DNA of 64,000 nt from Squalus acanthias (Eukaryota). The DNA lies in contig JASTWF010000035.1 in NCBI GenBank assembly GCA_030390025.1, positions 3,844,001-3,908,000 of the forward strand. The letters run 5' to 3'. Positions 47,649-60,463 of this stretch are shown in pieces. Each line of letters starts with the position of its first letter. The stretch's first letter is position 1. The notes below the pieces were generated by a model that searched no databases, was not told where the DNA came from, and saw nothing but the letters and a program-made list of their open reading frames with translations. The position numbers were made by a program, and so were the translations under genes.

Positions 47649-47742
47649 GGGTTAGGGTTAGTGTTAGGGTAACACTAGATTTAGGGTTAGGGTTAGGGTT
47701 AGGATTAGGGTAACACTGCATTTAGGGTTAGGGTTAGGGTTA
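47649..47742 (+). repeat. Interstitial telomeric repeat (TTAGGG)n, degenerate
   Basis: Runs of TTAGGG interrupted twice by TAACACT.(C/G)AT. Confidence 0.9.
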
Positions 47743-48690
47743 TGAAAGCCAATAAATCCCCTGGACATGAGGGCCTACATCCTAGGGTTTTGAAAAAGGT
47801 AGCTATAGAGATAGTGGATGCATTGGTTGTCATTTTCCAAAATTCCATAGATTCTGGAATGGTTCCCACGGATTGGAAGGTAGCAAATGTAACCCCACTA
47901 TTTAAGAAAGGAGGGAGAGAGAAAAGGGGGGACTACAGACCAGTAATCCTGACATCAGTAGTAGGGAAAATGCTAGAATCTATTATTAAGGACGTGGTAA
48001 CAGGGCACTTAGAAAATAATAATAGGATTGGACAGAGTCAACACGGATTTATGAAAGGGAAATCGTGTTTGACAAATTGGTTAGAGTTTTTTGAGGTAAC
48101 TACCAGAATAGATAAGGGGGAACCAGTGGATGTGGTGTATTTGGATTTTCAGAAGGCAATCGATAAGTTGCCACACAAGAGGTTATTAAACAAAATTAGG
48201 GCTCATGGGGTTGGGGGTAATATACTAGCATGGATTGAGGATTGGTTAACGGACAGAAAACAGAGAGTAGGAATAAACGGGTCATTTTCGGGTTGGCAGG
48301 CTGTAACTAGTGGGGTACCTCAAGGATCAGTGCTTGGGCCTCAGCTATTCACAATCTACATCAATGATTTGGATGAGGGGACTAAATGTAATATATCCAA
48401 GTTTGCTGATGATACAAAGCTGGGTGGGAATGTAAGTTGTGAGGAGGATGCAAGGAGGCTTCAAGGGGATATAGGCAGGCTAAGTGAGTGGGCAAGAACA
48501 TGGCAAATGGAATATAATGTGGAGATATGTGAAGTTATCCACTTTGGTAGAAAAAATAGAAAAACAGAGTATTTTTTAAATGGTGAGAGATTGGGAAATG
48601 TACACGAATCACTGAAAGTTAACAGGCAGGTGCAGCAAGCAATTAGGAAAGCAAATGGTATGTTGGCCTTTATTACAAGAGGATTTGAGG
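47743..48690 (+). mobile_element. CR1 RT fragment
   Basis: ORF 47742..48794 with YLDFQKA, PQGS and FADD. Confidence 0.9.
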
Positions 48691-48695
48691 AGAAG

Positions 48696-50480
48696 AGTGG
48701 AGAAATTCAGTATCGCCCCATTTGGGGCGCAATTATCGGCCGGGCGCAAAGATTAGCACCTGGCACTAATTATCGACTCCGACTGCAAACTTGACTTTTA
48801 TCGCCCCTGGAGGTGATTGGAGCGCTAAATTAGGCGCTACACATCTGTCTTAAGGCGCAAAGGCCGAGGAGCAAGGCGCTAACTTAGAGTGCTGGCGAAG
48901 CTCATGTGATGTCAGTCAGCAATGGAACACAGACACAATGGCCCCGGCCAGTTCTTAAAGGTGAGGGTTGATCTTGATTTCCATCCACATCCTGCTCATT
49001 GCAGGCTTGAATCTCGGCCTGGAGAGACCTGTACATCAAATCTGCTGGAAAGAACAATGGAGAGAACCAGGGAAAGAGCTCAGAGTGCAGTCCCCACAGT
49101 CTCTTCTAAATCGATACACGGAAGGGCAAATCAAAATGAACCTGCAAAGTGCTGCTCAGTACCCAAAACTCCTTCACATAGCGTTGAATCTCTCCAGAAG
49201 TCTCTCTCCCTCTCTCTCAGAATGCGTGGTTCAAAAAAGTCACCAACAAAAAAAGGCAAGAAGTGGTCGCCTTTAAATAGCGCTCCCCCTTTCCCTTCAT
49301 GACTGCAGAACGCTCCACTCAAACTGTCGTTGCTAGCGGCAGGCGGTAAGGCAGGGGGCGCCACTCAATACCGCAGGGATCGGTCCTTGGACCCCAGCTA
49401 TTCACAATATACATTAATGATCTAGATAAGGGAACTAAATGTAATATCTCCAAGTTTGCAGATGACACAAAGCTGGGTGGGCGTGTGTGCTCCGAGGAGG
49501 ATACTGAGAAACTCCAGGATGATCTGGACAGGTTGGGTGAGTGGGCAGAAGCATGGCAGATGCAATATAACGTGGATAAATGCGAGGTTATCCTCTTTGG
49601 TGTCAAAAACAGAAAGGCAGACTATTATCTGAATGGCAATAGATTGGGAGAAGGGGAAGTGCAACGAGACCTGGGTGTCCTTGTGCACCAGTCGCTGAAG
49701 GTAAGCATGCAGGTGCAGCAGGCGGTGAAGAAGGCAAATGGTATGTTGGCCTTCATAGCGAAAGGGTTTGAGTATAGGAACATTAATGTCCTGCTGCAGT
49801 TGTACAGGGCCTTGGTGAGACCACACCTTGAGTACTGTGTGCAGTTTTGGTCTCCTTATCTGAGGAAGGATGTTCTTGCCATGGAAGGAGTTCAGCGAAG
49901 ATTCACAATGCTGATACCTGGGATGGCAGGAATGACATATGAGGAGAGATTGGGTCGATTGGGCTTATACTCGCTGGAGTATAGAAGAATGAGAGGGGAT
50001 CTCATCGAAACATATAAAATTCTGACAGGTCTGGACAAACTAGATGCAGGAAGAATGTTCCCGATGGTCGGAGAGTCCAGAACCAAGGGTCATAATCTAA
50101 GGATAAGGGGTAAGCCATTCAGGACAGAAATGAGGAAGAATTTCTTCACCCAGAGAGTGGTGAACCTGTGGAATTCTCTACCACAGAAGGTAGTTGAGGC
50201 CAAGTCATTAAATATATTCAAGAATGAGTTAGATATATTTCTTAAAGCTAAAGGTATCAAGGGATATGGGGAGAAGGCAGGTACAGGGTACTGAGTTTGG
50301 ATGATCAGCCATGAGCTCATCGAATGGCGGAGCAGGCTCGAGGGGCCGAATGGCCTACTCCTGCTCCCATCTTCTATGTTTCTATGTTTAATATCCGCGC
50401 CCGGGCGCTAGTTGCTTTGCGCCCCATTAGCGCCCTCTTAAGGCGCTAACGGGAGGTGCAACCAACTGAATTTTTCCCCC
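48696..50480. mobile_element. Second copy of the 9019-9911 Harbinger-type MITE, interrupted by a CR1 3' fragment (about 49370-50388)
   Basis: Clearly similar to 9019-9692 and 9820-9911; ends GGAGAAATTCAG / CTGAATTTTTCCCC; CR1 ORF 49485..50294 lies inside. Confidence 0.85.
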
Positions 50481-50481
50481 A

Positions 50482-51460
50482 TAGAGTCATAACGGCACAG
50501 CAAGAGGCCATTCGGCCCATCGGGTCCGTGCCGGCTCTCCGTAGAGCAATCCAGTCAGTCCCATTTCCCCATTCTATCCCCGTAGCCCTGCAAGGCCTAT
50601 ATTCTCTAGAGTTTAGAAGAATGAGAGGTGATCTCTTTGAAACATACAAAATTCGTACAGGGCTTGACAGGGTAGATGCAGGGAGGATGTTTCCCCTGGC
50701 TGGCGAGTCTAGAACCAGGGGTCACAGTCTCAGAATAATGGGTCACCCATTTAGGACTGAGATGAGGAGATATTTCTTCACTCAGAGGGTGGTGAATCTT
50801 TGGAATTCTCTACCCCAGAGGACTGTGGAGGCTCAGTCGTTGAGTATATTCAAGACAGAGATCGATAGATTTTTGAATATTAAGGGAATCCAGGGATATG
50901 GGGATAGTGCAGGAAAGCGGAGATGAGGTAGAAGATCAGCCATGATCTTATTGAATGGCGGAGCAGGCTCGAAGGGCTGTATGGCCGACTCCTGCTCCTG
51001 ATTCTTGTGTTCTTATGGTCTACACACGCTTCTGCCAGTCAGACCCAAGGGCAGCCATAAAGTGTTTCATTAGTCTTTAGCTCTCCGTCCCTTAGCAAAA
51101 TACTGCAATAACTTGGAATCCTCGTCTCCTTCAACTACCTAGAAAAACAGTTAATATTTGGAACAACAAAGGCAGGGATTTAACAGAATGATCCCAGAAG
51201 GACTTCAGTTATGTGGAGAGACTAGAGAAGCTGCGATTGTTCTCCTTGGAGCACAGAAGGGGAAGGGGAGATTTAATAGAAGTGTTCAAAATTATCAGGG
51301 GATTTGAGAGGGTAGATGAGGAGAAACTGTTTTCATTGGTAGGAGGGGTCAGTAACCAGAGGACAGAGAATTAAGATAATTGGCAAAAGAATCAGGGGGG
51401 AATGAGGAGAGTTTTAATTACGCTACGAGTTATTATGGTCTGGAATGCTCTGCCTATAGG
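50482..51460. mobile_element. Short CR1 3' fragments (minus tail 50482-50592, plus 50593-51016, decayed plus 51190-51460)
   Basis: ORF 50456..50926 and CR1 tails. Confidence 0.8.
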
Positions 51461-51677
51461 GTGAGGTCCCTTTAACTGGACGGGTCAAACTGTGACATCA
51501 CAGAGCAAGCCTCACCCTCACGCTGCGCATCACAGTGAGATGCGACATCACAATAGGTTTGTAAACTGGGTCAATGTGAGGCAGGAGTTTAAGTGAAGGA
51601 AAGGGAGCTACACTGACTGTGACTAACTGACTGATCTGTCTAGGAGTGAATGCGGTCGGCTAGAACATCTGAACAAC

Positions 51678-52886
51678 TGGGAACCAGTAGATGTGGTGTA
51701 TTTGGATTTCCAGAAGGCATTCGATAAGGTGCCACATAAAAGGTTACTACACAAGATAAGAGCTCACGGGGTTGGGGGTAATATATTAGCATGGATAGAG
51801 GATTGGCTAATTAACAGAAAACAGAGAGTCGGGATAAATGGGTCATTTTCAGGTTGGCAAACCACAACTAGTGGGTGCCGCAGGGATCAGTGCTGGGGCC
51901 TCAACTATTTACAATCTATATTAATGACTTGGATGAAGGGACCGAGTGTAATGTAGCCAAATTTGCTGATGATACAAAGATAGGTGTGAAAGCAAATTGT
52001 GTGGAGGACGCAAAGAATCTCCAAAGGGATATAGATAGGCTAAGTGAGTGGGCAAAAATCTGGCAGATGGAGTTTAATGTGGGAAAATGCGAGGTTATCC
52101 ACTTTGGTAGGAAAAATAAAAAAGCAAATTATTATTTAAATGGGGAGAGATAACAAAATGCTGAGGTACAGATGATCTGGGGCTCCTTGTACATGGATCA
52201 CAAAAAGTTAACATGCAGGTACAGCAAGTAATTAGGAAGGCAAATGGAGTGTTGGCCTTTATTGCAAAGGGAATGGAGTATAAAAGTATGGAAGTCCTGT
52301 TACAACAGTACAGGGCGTTGGTGAGACCACACCTGGAGTACTGCGTACAGTTTTGGTCTGCTTATTTAAGGAGGAATATACTTGCATTGGAAGAAGATCA
52401 GAGAAGGTTCACGAGGTTGATTCCGGAGATGAAGGGGTTATCTTATGAGGAAAGGTTGAGCAGGTTGGGCCTATACTCATTGGAGTTTAGAAGAATGAGA
52501 GGGGATCTTATTGAAACATATAAGATTCTGAAGGGGCTTGACAGGGTAGATGCAGAGAGGATGTTTCCCCTCGTGGGGGAATCTAGAACCAGGGGGCATA
52601 ATTTCAGAATAAGGGATTTTAAATTGGAGATGAGGAGGAATTTCTTCTCTCAGAGAGTCGTGAATCTTTGGGAATTCTCTTCCCCAGAGAGCTGTAGAGG
52701 CTGGGTCATTGAATATATTTAAGGTGGAGATAGACAGACTTTTGAAAGGTAAGGGAGTCAAGGGTTATGGGAAGCGGGCAGGGAAGTGGAGTTGAGGCCA
52801 AGATCAGATCAGCCATGATGTTATTGAATGGTGGAGCAGGCTCGAGGGGCCAAATGACCTACTCCTGCTCCTACATCTTATGTTCT
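51678..52886 (+). mobile_element. 5'-truncated CR1
   Basis: ORFs 51693..51956, 51875..52153 and 52213..52722, plus tail. Confidence 0.9.
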
Positions 52887-52962
52887 TTGCTTTGTGAAGG
52901 GAACACGAACAATGAAAAAATCATCAACCAGCAGATTGGACAGAAGTTCATGAACTTTGAAA

Positions 52963-55900
52963 ACTTTTGAGCTGCGGCTGGAGTCACTGTGGAGCAGCCG
53001 TGAAGCTGAGATCTTCGTGGATAGCACGTTTAATGAGGTGGTCACACTGCAGGTAAAGAGTGCACAGGCAGACAGGGAATGGGTGACTGCCAGACAGAGT
53101 AAAAGAACTAGGAAGGTAGTGCAGGAGTCGCCTGGGTTCATCTCCCTCTCCGACAGATTTTACGTTTTGGATACTGACGGGGGAGATGGTTTCTCGGGAA
53201 TGCAGCAAGAGCCAAGTCCGTGGCACTATGAGTGGCTCAGCTGCACAGGAGGGGAGGAAAAAGAGTGGGAAAGAAATAGTGATAGGGGATTCTATCGTAA
53301 GGGGAACAGATAGACGTTTCTGTGGCCGCAGACGTGACTCCAGGATGGTATGTTGCCTCCCTGGTGCCAGGGTCAAGGATGTCACTGAACGGCTGCAGGG
53401 CATTCTGAAGGGGGAGGGCAAACAGTCAGAGGTCGTGGTTCACATTGGTACCAACGACATAGGTAGAAAGAGGGATGAGGTCCTGCAACAAGAATTTAGG
53501 GAGCTAGGTAGCAGATTAAAAAGCAGGACCTCAAAGGTTGTAATCTCTGGATTACTCCTGGTGCCACGTGCTAGTGAGTATAGGAATAGGAGGATAGAGC
53601 AGATGAATGCGTGGCTAAAGAGTTAGTGCAAGAGGGAGGGCTTTAGTTTCCTGGATCACTGGGTCTGCTTCTGGGGAAGGTGGGACCTGTACAAGTCGGA
53701 CGGGTTGCACCTGAACCGGAATGGGACCAACAACCTTGTGGGGAGGTTTGCTAGTACTGTTGGGGGAGTTTAAACTAACTTGGCAGGAGGAAGGGATACG
53801 GAGTGGAGCTATAGTAGGGGGTGATGCACAGCCAAATATAGAGGAAAAAACAAGTCAGCCTGGAAGGCAGAGCAAATATGTAATGGCACAAGGGAGTATG
53901 GCAAGGCTGGATGGCATTTATTTTAATGCAAGGAGTCTTGTGAGTAAGGCAGATGAATTGAAGGTGTTGATGAACACATGGGAGTATGATATTGTTGCTA
54001 TCACAGAGACATGGTTGAGGGAGGGGCAGGACTAGCAGCTCAATATTCCGGGGTATAGAATCTTCAGGCGAGACAGAGGGGTGTGTAAAAGAGGAGGGGG
54101 TGTCGCAATATTAATCAAGGAGTCAATTACTGCTGTAAGGAGGGATGATATCTTAGCAGGTTCCTCTAATGAGGCCATATGGGTAGAACTTAAAAACAAA
54201 AAGGGGGCAAGCACTTTGCTGGGAGTGTACTATAGGCCCCAAACAGTCAAGGGGAGATAGAGGAACAGATATGTAGGCAAATCTCAGAGAAGTGTAGAAA
54301 TAATAGGGTAAGAATAGTAGGGGATTTCAACTTCCCCAATATTAACTGGGATAGTCAGAGTGTGAAAGGCTTTGAGGGTGCGGAATTCTTAAAGTGCATC
54401 CAGGAGAGCTTTTTGAGCCAGCATGTAGAAAGTCCTACAAGAGAGGGGGCGGTACTGGACCTAATTCTGGGGAATGTAGCCGGGCATGTGGTAGAAGTGT
54501 CAGTAGGAGAGCATTTTGGTGACAGTGACCATAATTTGGTGAGATTTAAGGTAGTCTTGGAAAAGGACAAAGATGGACCGGAAATAAAGGTTCTAAATTG
54601 GGGGAAGGCCAATTTTAATATAAGGCAGGATCTTGCCAAAGTGGACTGGGATCAGCTACTTGTAGGAAAATCCACATCAGAGCAGTGGGAGTCTTTCAGA
54701 AAGGAAATAGAGAGAGTACAACGCCAACATGTTCCCGTAAAGGTCAAGGGTGGGACCAACAAGCCCAGGGAACCCTGGATGTCAAGGGATATACGAGAAT
54801 GGATTAGGAAAAAAAGGGAGGCTTTTGGCAGATATAAAGGACTAAAAACAGTGGAAGCCCTAGAGGAGTATAGAAAGTGCAGGGGGGTACTTAAAAAAGA
54901 AATTAGGAGAGCGAAGAGGGGGCATGAAATAACACTGGCGGGCAAAATAAAGGAAAATCCCAAGGTGTTTTATAAGTATATTAAGGGCAAGAGGATAACC
55001 AGGGAAAGAGTAGGGCCCATTAGGGACCAAAGTGGCAATCTGTGTGTAGAGCCGGAAGATGTAGGTGAAGTTTTAAATGAATATTTTGCATCTGTGTTCA
55101 CTATGGATAAGGATGATGTAGGCATAGAAATCAGGCAGGGGGACTGTGATATACTTGAACAAATTAGTATTGAGAGGGAGGAGGTACTAGCGGTTTTAGC
55201 GGGCTTAAAAGTGGATAAATCCCCAGGCCCAGACGAGATGTATCCCAGGCTGCTGTGTGAGGCAAGGGAGGAGATTGCAGGGGCTCTGACACAAATTTTC
55301 AGAACCTCTCTGTCCATAGGGGAGGTGCTAGAGGACTGGAGGACAGCTAACGTAGTACCATTATTCAAGAAGGGTAGTTGGGATAAACCAGGGAATTACA
55401 GGCCAGTGAGCCTAACATCAGTGGTAGGGAAATTATTGGAAAAAATTCAGAGGGACAGAATTAGTCTCCACTTGGAGAGGCAAGGATTAATCAAGGATAG
55501 TCAGCATGGCTTTGTCAGGGGAAGATCATGTCTGACCAATTTGATTGAATTTTTGGAGGGGATGACTAGGTGTGTTGATGAGCGTAGTGCAGTTGATGTA
55601 GTCTACATCGATTTCAGTAAGGCTTTTGACAAAGTCCCATTTGGGAGACTGGTCAAGAAGGTAAGAGCCCATGGGATCCAGGGCAATTTGGCACATTGGA
55701 TCCGAAATTGGCTTTGTGGCAGGAGGCAGAGGGTGATGGTCGAAGGCTGTTTTTGTGACTGGAAGCCTGTGTCCAGTGGTGTACTGCAGGGATCGGTGCT
55801 GGGTCCTTTGCTGTTTGTAGTGTACATTAATGATTTAGATATGAATGTAGGAGGTATGATCAGTAAGTTCGCAGATGACACGAAAATTGGTGGGGTGGTA

Positions 55901-56768
55901 AATAGCGAGGAGGGAAGCCTCAGGCTACAGGACGATATAGACGGGTTGGTCAGATGGGCAGAACAGTGGCAAATGGAATTTAACCCTGAAAAGTGTGAGG
56001 TGATGCATTTTGGGAGGACTAACAAGGCAAGGGAATACACAATGAATGGTCGGACCTTAGGAAGGACAGAGGATCAGAGGGACCTTGGTGTGCATGTACA
56101 TAGATCCCTGAAGGCAGCAGGACAGGTAGATAAGGTGGTTAAGAAGGCATATGCCACCTTCATTAGCTGAGGCATAGAATATAAGAGCAGGGAGGTTATG
56201 ATGGAGCTGTACAAATTGCTAGTTAGGCCACATCTGGAATACTGTGTGCAGTTCTTGTTGCCACACTATAGGAAGGATGTGATTGCATTGAAGAGGGTGC
56301 AGAGGAGATTCACCAGGATGTTACCTGGGCTGGAGCGCTTCAGCTATGAAGAGAGACTGGACAGGCTGGGGTTGTTTTCCTTAGAGCAGAGAAGGCTGAG
56401 GGGGGACCTGATTGAGGTGTACAAAATTATGAGGGTAGATAGAAAGGAACTTTCCCCCTTAGTAGAGGGGTCAATAACCAGGGGGCATAGTTTCAAGGTA
56501 AGGAGCAGGAGGTTTAGAGGGGATTTGAGGAAAAACTTTTTCACCCAGAGGGTGGTTGGAATCTGGAACTCACTGCCTGAAAGGGTGGTAGAGGCAGGAA
56601 CCCTCACAACATTCAACAAGCATTTAAATGAGCACTTGAAACGCCATAGCATACAAGGCTACGGACCAAGTGCTGGAAAATAGGATTAGAATAGACAGGG
56701 CTTGATGGCCGGCGTGGACACGATGGGCCGAAGGGCCTCTTTCTGTGCTGTATAACTCTATGACTCTA
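52963..56768 (+). mobile_element. CR1 truncated in ORF1, with most of ORF2
   Basis: ORF1 esterase 53186..53626; ORF2 pieces 53721..54035, 54362..56170 and 56198..56683; TSD TGAAA at 52958-52962 and 56769-56773. Confidence 0.92.
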
Positions 56769-57099
56769 TGAAAGGTTTGTCTTAACCTGTTGATCGTGTG
56801 TTATTAATGAGAGACGCAGCGAGCAATATGAGCAGTTTAACAGATGCAATAATATTGGTTCACAGTCGGGTGGAATAGTTCATTGTTATTGGTAGATCTT
56901 CCATGGCGTTGCTCACAGGTTGTCTGGGGCCGGGAGCCTGGTTACTGATGGTTGCTGAGCCCCACTCTCAGCTCCTCACTGTTGACCCTCACTGACCGTC
57001 TCCTCCCAGCCCTTGAGTTTGGTGCTGACTCCCTGATCTGTAAATGTCGACAACTACTTATCATTGGCAGACCTCCCATGCCATTGCTCATAGGTAGTC

Positions 57100-57775
57100 A
57101 ATGAGAGTCAGCATGGATTTGTGAAGGGCCGGTCATGTCTGACTGATCTATAACCTTTTGGAGGAGGTCAGTTACATGGACAAGGGAATGTCTCTGGATC
57201 TTGTATGTGTGGACTTCCAGAGGGTTAAATTATGTGGACAAGTTGCAGAGACCGGGCGTGTATTCCCTCGAGTATAGAATATTAAACGGTGATATAATTG
57301 AGGTGTTTAAGATGATCAAAGAGTTGGTAGGGTAGATCGATAAAAATTATTTCCTCTGGCGGGGAAATCCAGAACAAAGGGGCATGAGCTTAAAATGAGA
57401 GTTAGCCTGGTCAGGGGTGATGTCAGGAAACACTTCGTCACCCAAAGGCTAGCGGAATTGTGGAACTCTCTCCCCCCGTATCTATTGATACTGGGGGTCA
57501 ATTGTAAACTTCAAAAATGAGATTGGTCGCTTTTTGTTAGACAGGAGTTTTAAGGGATGTGGAACCAAGGCGGGTAAATGGAGTTAACATCCAGGTCGGC
57601 CATGCTTGAATTGAATGGCAGATCAGACTCGAGGGGCTGGAGGGCCTCCTTCTGTTCCTAAGTTAATCAAGGGATATCGATCAAAGACAAGTAAATGGAT
57701 TTGAGGTGCAGAGCAGCCATGGTCTAATTGAATGCTGGAGCAGGCTTGAGGGGCTGAATGACCTACTCCTGATAC
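57100..57775 (+). mobile_element. Old decayed CR1 fragments with two tails
   Basis: GAGTCAGCATGGATTTGTGAAGGG, TTGTGGAACTCTCT and TTGAATGG..GCTCGAGGGGCT-like tail motifs. Confidence 0.7.
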
Positions 57776-58389
57776 TTTAAATGTATAAAATTACTTAACG
57801 TAATTGGTAGAAGGCAAACAATCCCATCACTGCCCATCGCCCATGCACCCTGTGCTCTGGGTCATAACCACATGGAAACCCATTATTGCTTTCTAGTGAA
57901 ACAAGTCAGTGTAACCGAAGCAAAGCCCAAAGGTTTTTACCAAATATGGTTTCAAGGTGAGGCCCTTTTAGCTGGATGGGTCAAACCATGACATCACAGA
58001 GCAAGCCTCACCCTCACACTGCGCATCACAATAGCTTTATAAACTTGATAAATTTGAGGCAAGAGGCGATACAACCAGTTTAAGTGAAGGAAAGGCAGCT
58101 GCATTGACCGTGACTAACTGGCTGATCTGTCTAGGACTGAATGCAGTCGGCTCGAACATCTGAACAGCTTTGCTTTGTGAAGAGAGCACGAACAATGAAA
58201 ACATCACCAACCAGCGGCGTGGACAGAAGTTCGTGAACTTTGAAAGGTTTGTCTTAACCTGTTTATCTTGTACACCTCTATCAAATCACCCCTCTCGGTG
58301 TCAAATTTTGTCTGATAATCGCTCCTGTGAAGCGCCCTGGGACGTTTTACTACGTTAAAGGCGCTATATAAATGCAAGTTGTTGTTGAA

Positions 58390-58565
58390 CAGCTCAGTGG
58401 GTCGGGCAACATCTGTGGGGATAGAAACGGAATCAACACTTCGGACCGATGGCCTTTGCGTTCTGACGAAAAGTCATCGACCTGAAGCGTTAACTCGAGC
58501 TTTCTCTCTCTCTACAGATGCTGCCTGACCTGCTGCGTGCTTTCAGCATTTTCTGTTTTTACTGT
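58390..58565 (+). mobile_element. Degenerate MER6-like/Penelope pLTR palindrome with a mutated hammerhead core (58460-58494)
   Basis: GUU-CUGACGA-AAAGUC-AUC-GACCU-GAAG-CGUU-AAC, followed by the same CTCTCTACAGATGCTGCCTGACCTGCTG arm. Confidence 0.65.
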
Positions 58566-59164
58566 ATGAAAATTAATATGTCATTCTGGTGTTTGAGCCA
58601 AGTGTCAGTGGATTTCACCAGCTCCAACCTGCCTCACTAATATCAGCACTGCACAGGCCATTCGACCAATGGTTGCTGTGCCTTCACTAGCTCTTCACGG
58701 GAGCTATCTACCCTTTCTCTGTATACTGTTTCTCATTCATTCTCGGGATGTGGGTGTCGCTGGCAAGACCGGCATTTATTGTCCATCCCCGCGTTGTCCT
58801 GAGAAGGTGGTGGTGGGCCTTCTTCTCGAACCGCTACAGATTCTATGCGGCAGTTAATGATACAACTGAGCGTCTTGCTCGGCCAGTTCAGAGGGGCAGT
58901 TAAGGGTTAACCACGTTGTTGGGCGACTGGAGTCACATATAGGCTCCGACCGGGTCAGGACGGCAGGTTTCCTTCCCCAAAGGACATTAGCGAACCAGAT
59001 GGGTTTTTATGACAATCCAACAGTTTCATGGGCCGGAATTTTCCGGGTGGTTGCGGACACTATTGGAGGCGGGTCAGGTGGGAAAGTTGATATTTTTGGG
59101 AGCGGGTCGGGAACCCGCCATCATCACACCCCCTAGTTCTACAATGGCTGTGGTCTTCCCAATA

Positions 59165-59615
59165 TTTAATTAGCGAAAATTTCTGCTCATCCAGTGCTGG
59201 ATGCTGGACAAGCAGTCTGACAATTTAGAGACCGTGGAGGGGTCACGAGAAGTGGTGGTGAGGTGGAGCTGGGTGTTGTCAGCGTACATGTGGAAACTGA
59301 CGCTGTGTTTTCGGATGAAGTCGCCAAGGGGCAACATGTAGATGAGAAATAGGAGGGGGCCAAGGACAGATCCTTGGGGGACACCAGAGGTAACGTTGTG
59401 GGAGCGGGAAGAGAAGCCGTTGCAGGTGATTTTCTGGCTACGATTAGATAGATAAGAATGGAACCAGGCGAGTGCAGTCTCACTCAGCTGGACGACGGTG
59501 GAGAAGCGTTTGAGGAGGATGGAGTGGTCAAAGGCTGCAGTCAGGTCGAGAAGGATGAGGAGGGGTAGTTTACCTTTGTCACAGTCACATAGGATGCCAT
59601 TTGTAACTTTGATAA
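59165..59615 (-). mobile_element. L2-clade LINE RT fragment
   Basis: ORF 59170..59676 [40 protein letters not shown]. Confidence 0.85.
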
Positions 59616-59734
59616 GAGCTTTAAGTGGTGTCAGCCCAGTGCACTGTATTGATGCAGGATTACCTCTGATTGACACTCAATTGGTCATTTTCTCTTTATA
59701 ATCTAACATGCCATTAGCTTTTGTTTCATATTAT

Positions 59735-60295
59735 CATAGATTTTTACAGCACCAAAAGAGGCCATTCAGCCCATCGTGCCTGTGCCGGCTCTTTGAAAGA
59801 GCTATCCAATTAGTCCCACTCCCCCCTGCTCATTCCCCATAGCTCTGCAAATTTTTCCTTTTTAAGTTTATATCCAATTGCCTTTTGAAAGTTATGATTG
59901 AATCTTCTTCCACCGCCCTTTCAGGCAGTGCGTTCCAGATCACAATAACAGCGTAAAAAAAGTTCTCCTCATCTCCCCTCTGGTTCTTTTGCCAATTATC
60001 TTAAATCTGTGTCCTCTGGTTACCGACCCTTCTGCCACTGGAAACAGTTTCTCCCTATCTACTTTATCAAAGCCCCTCATCCTTTTGAACACTTCTATTA
60101 AATCTCCCCTTAAACTTTCCTGCTCCAAGGAAAACAACCCCAGCTTATGCAGCCTCTCCACATAACTGAAGTCCCTCATCCCCTGGTACCATTCTAGTAA
60201 ATCTCCTCTGCACCCTCTCCAAGGTCTTGACATCCTTCCTAAAGTGCGGTGCCCAGAATTGGACACAATACTCCAGCTGGGGCCTGACCAGCGAT
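59735..60295 (-). mobile_element. CR1 3' fragment
   Basis: C-terminal half of ORF 59940..60458, plus tail. Confidence 0.85.
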
Positions 60296-60463
60296 TTAGT
60301 CTCCTTAGGTTCTGCTCACGCTTCCTCTCCTCCTCCAGTGTTGTCAGATCTCTCCCCCTGAAACTGTTCGTAATTTTAAAGGGATATGATGAGACATCAG
60401 TGTAAAGACCTTCTCCACCCGGCCTGTTAAGAAAGGGATTGGCATCTATTCCTTTCAAAGTAA

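Noticed and set aside
60296..60425. Minus-strand exon PGGEGLYTDVSSYPF..
   Set aside because: Acceptor-like site only; no donor before the CR1 and no recognisable homology
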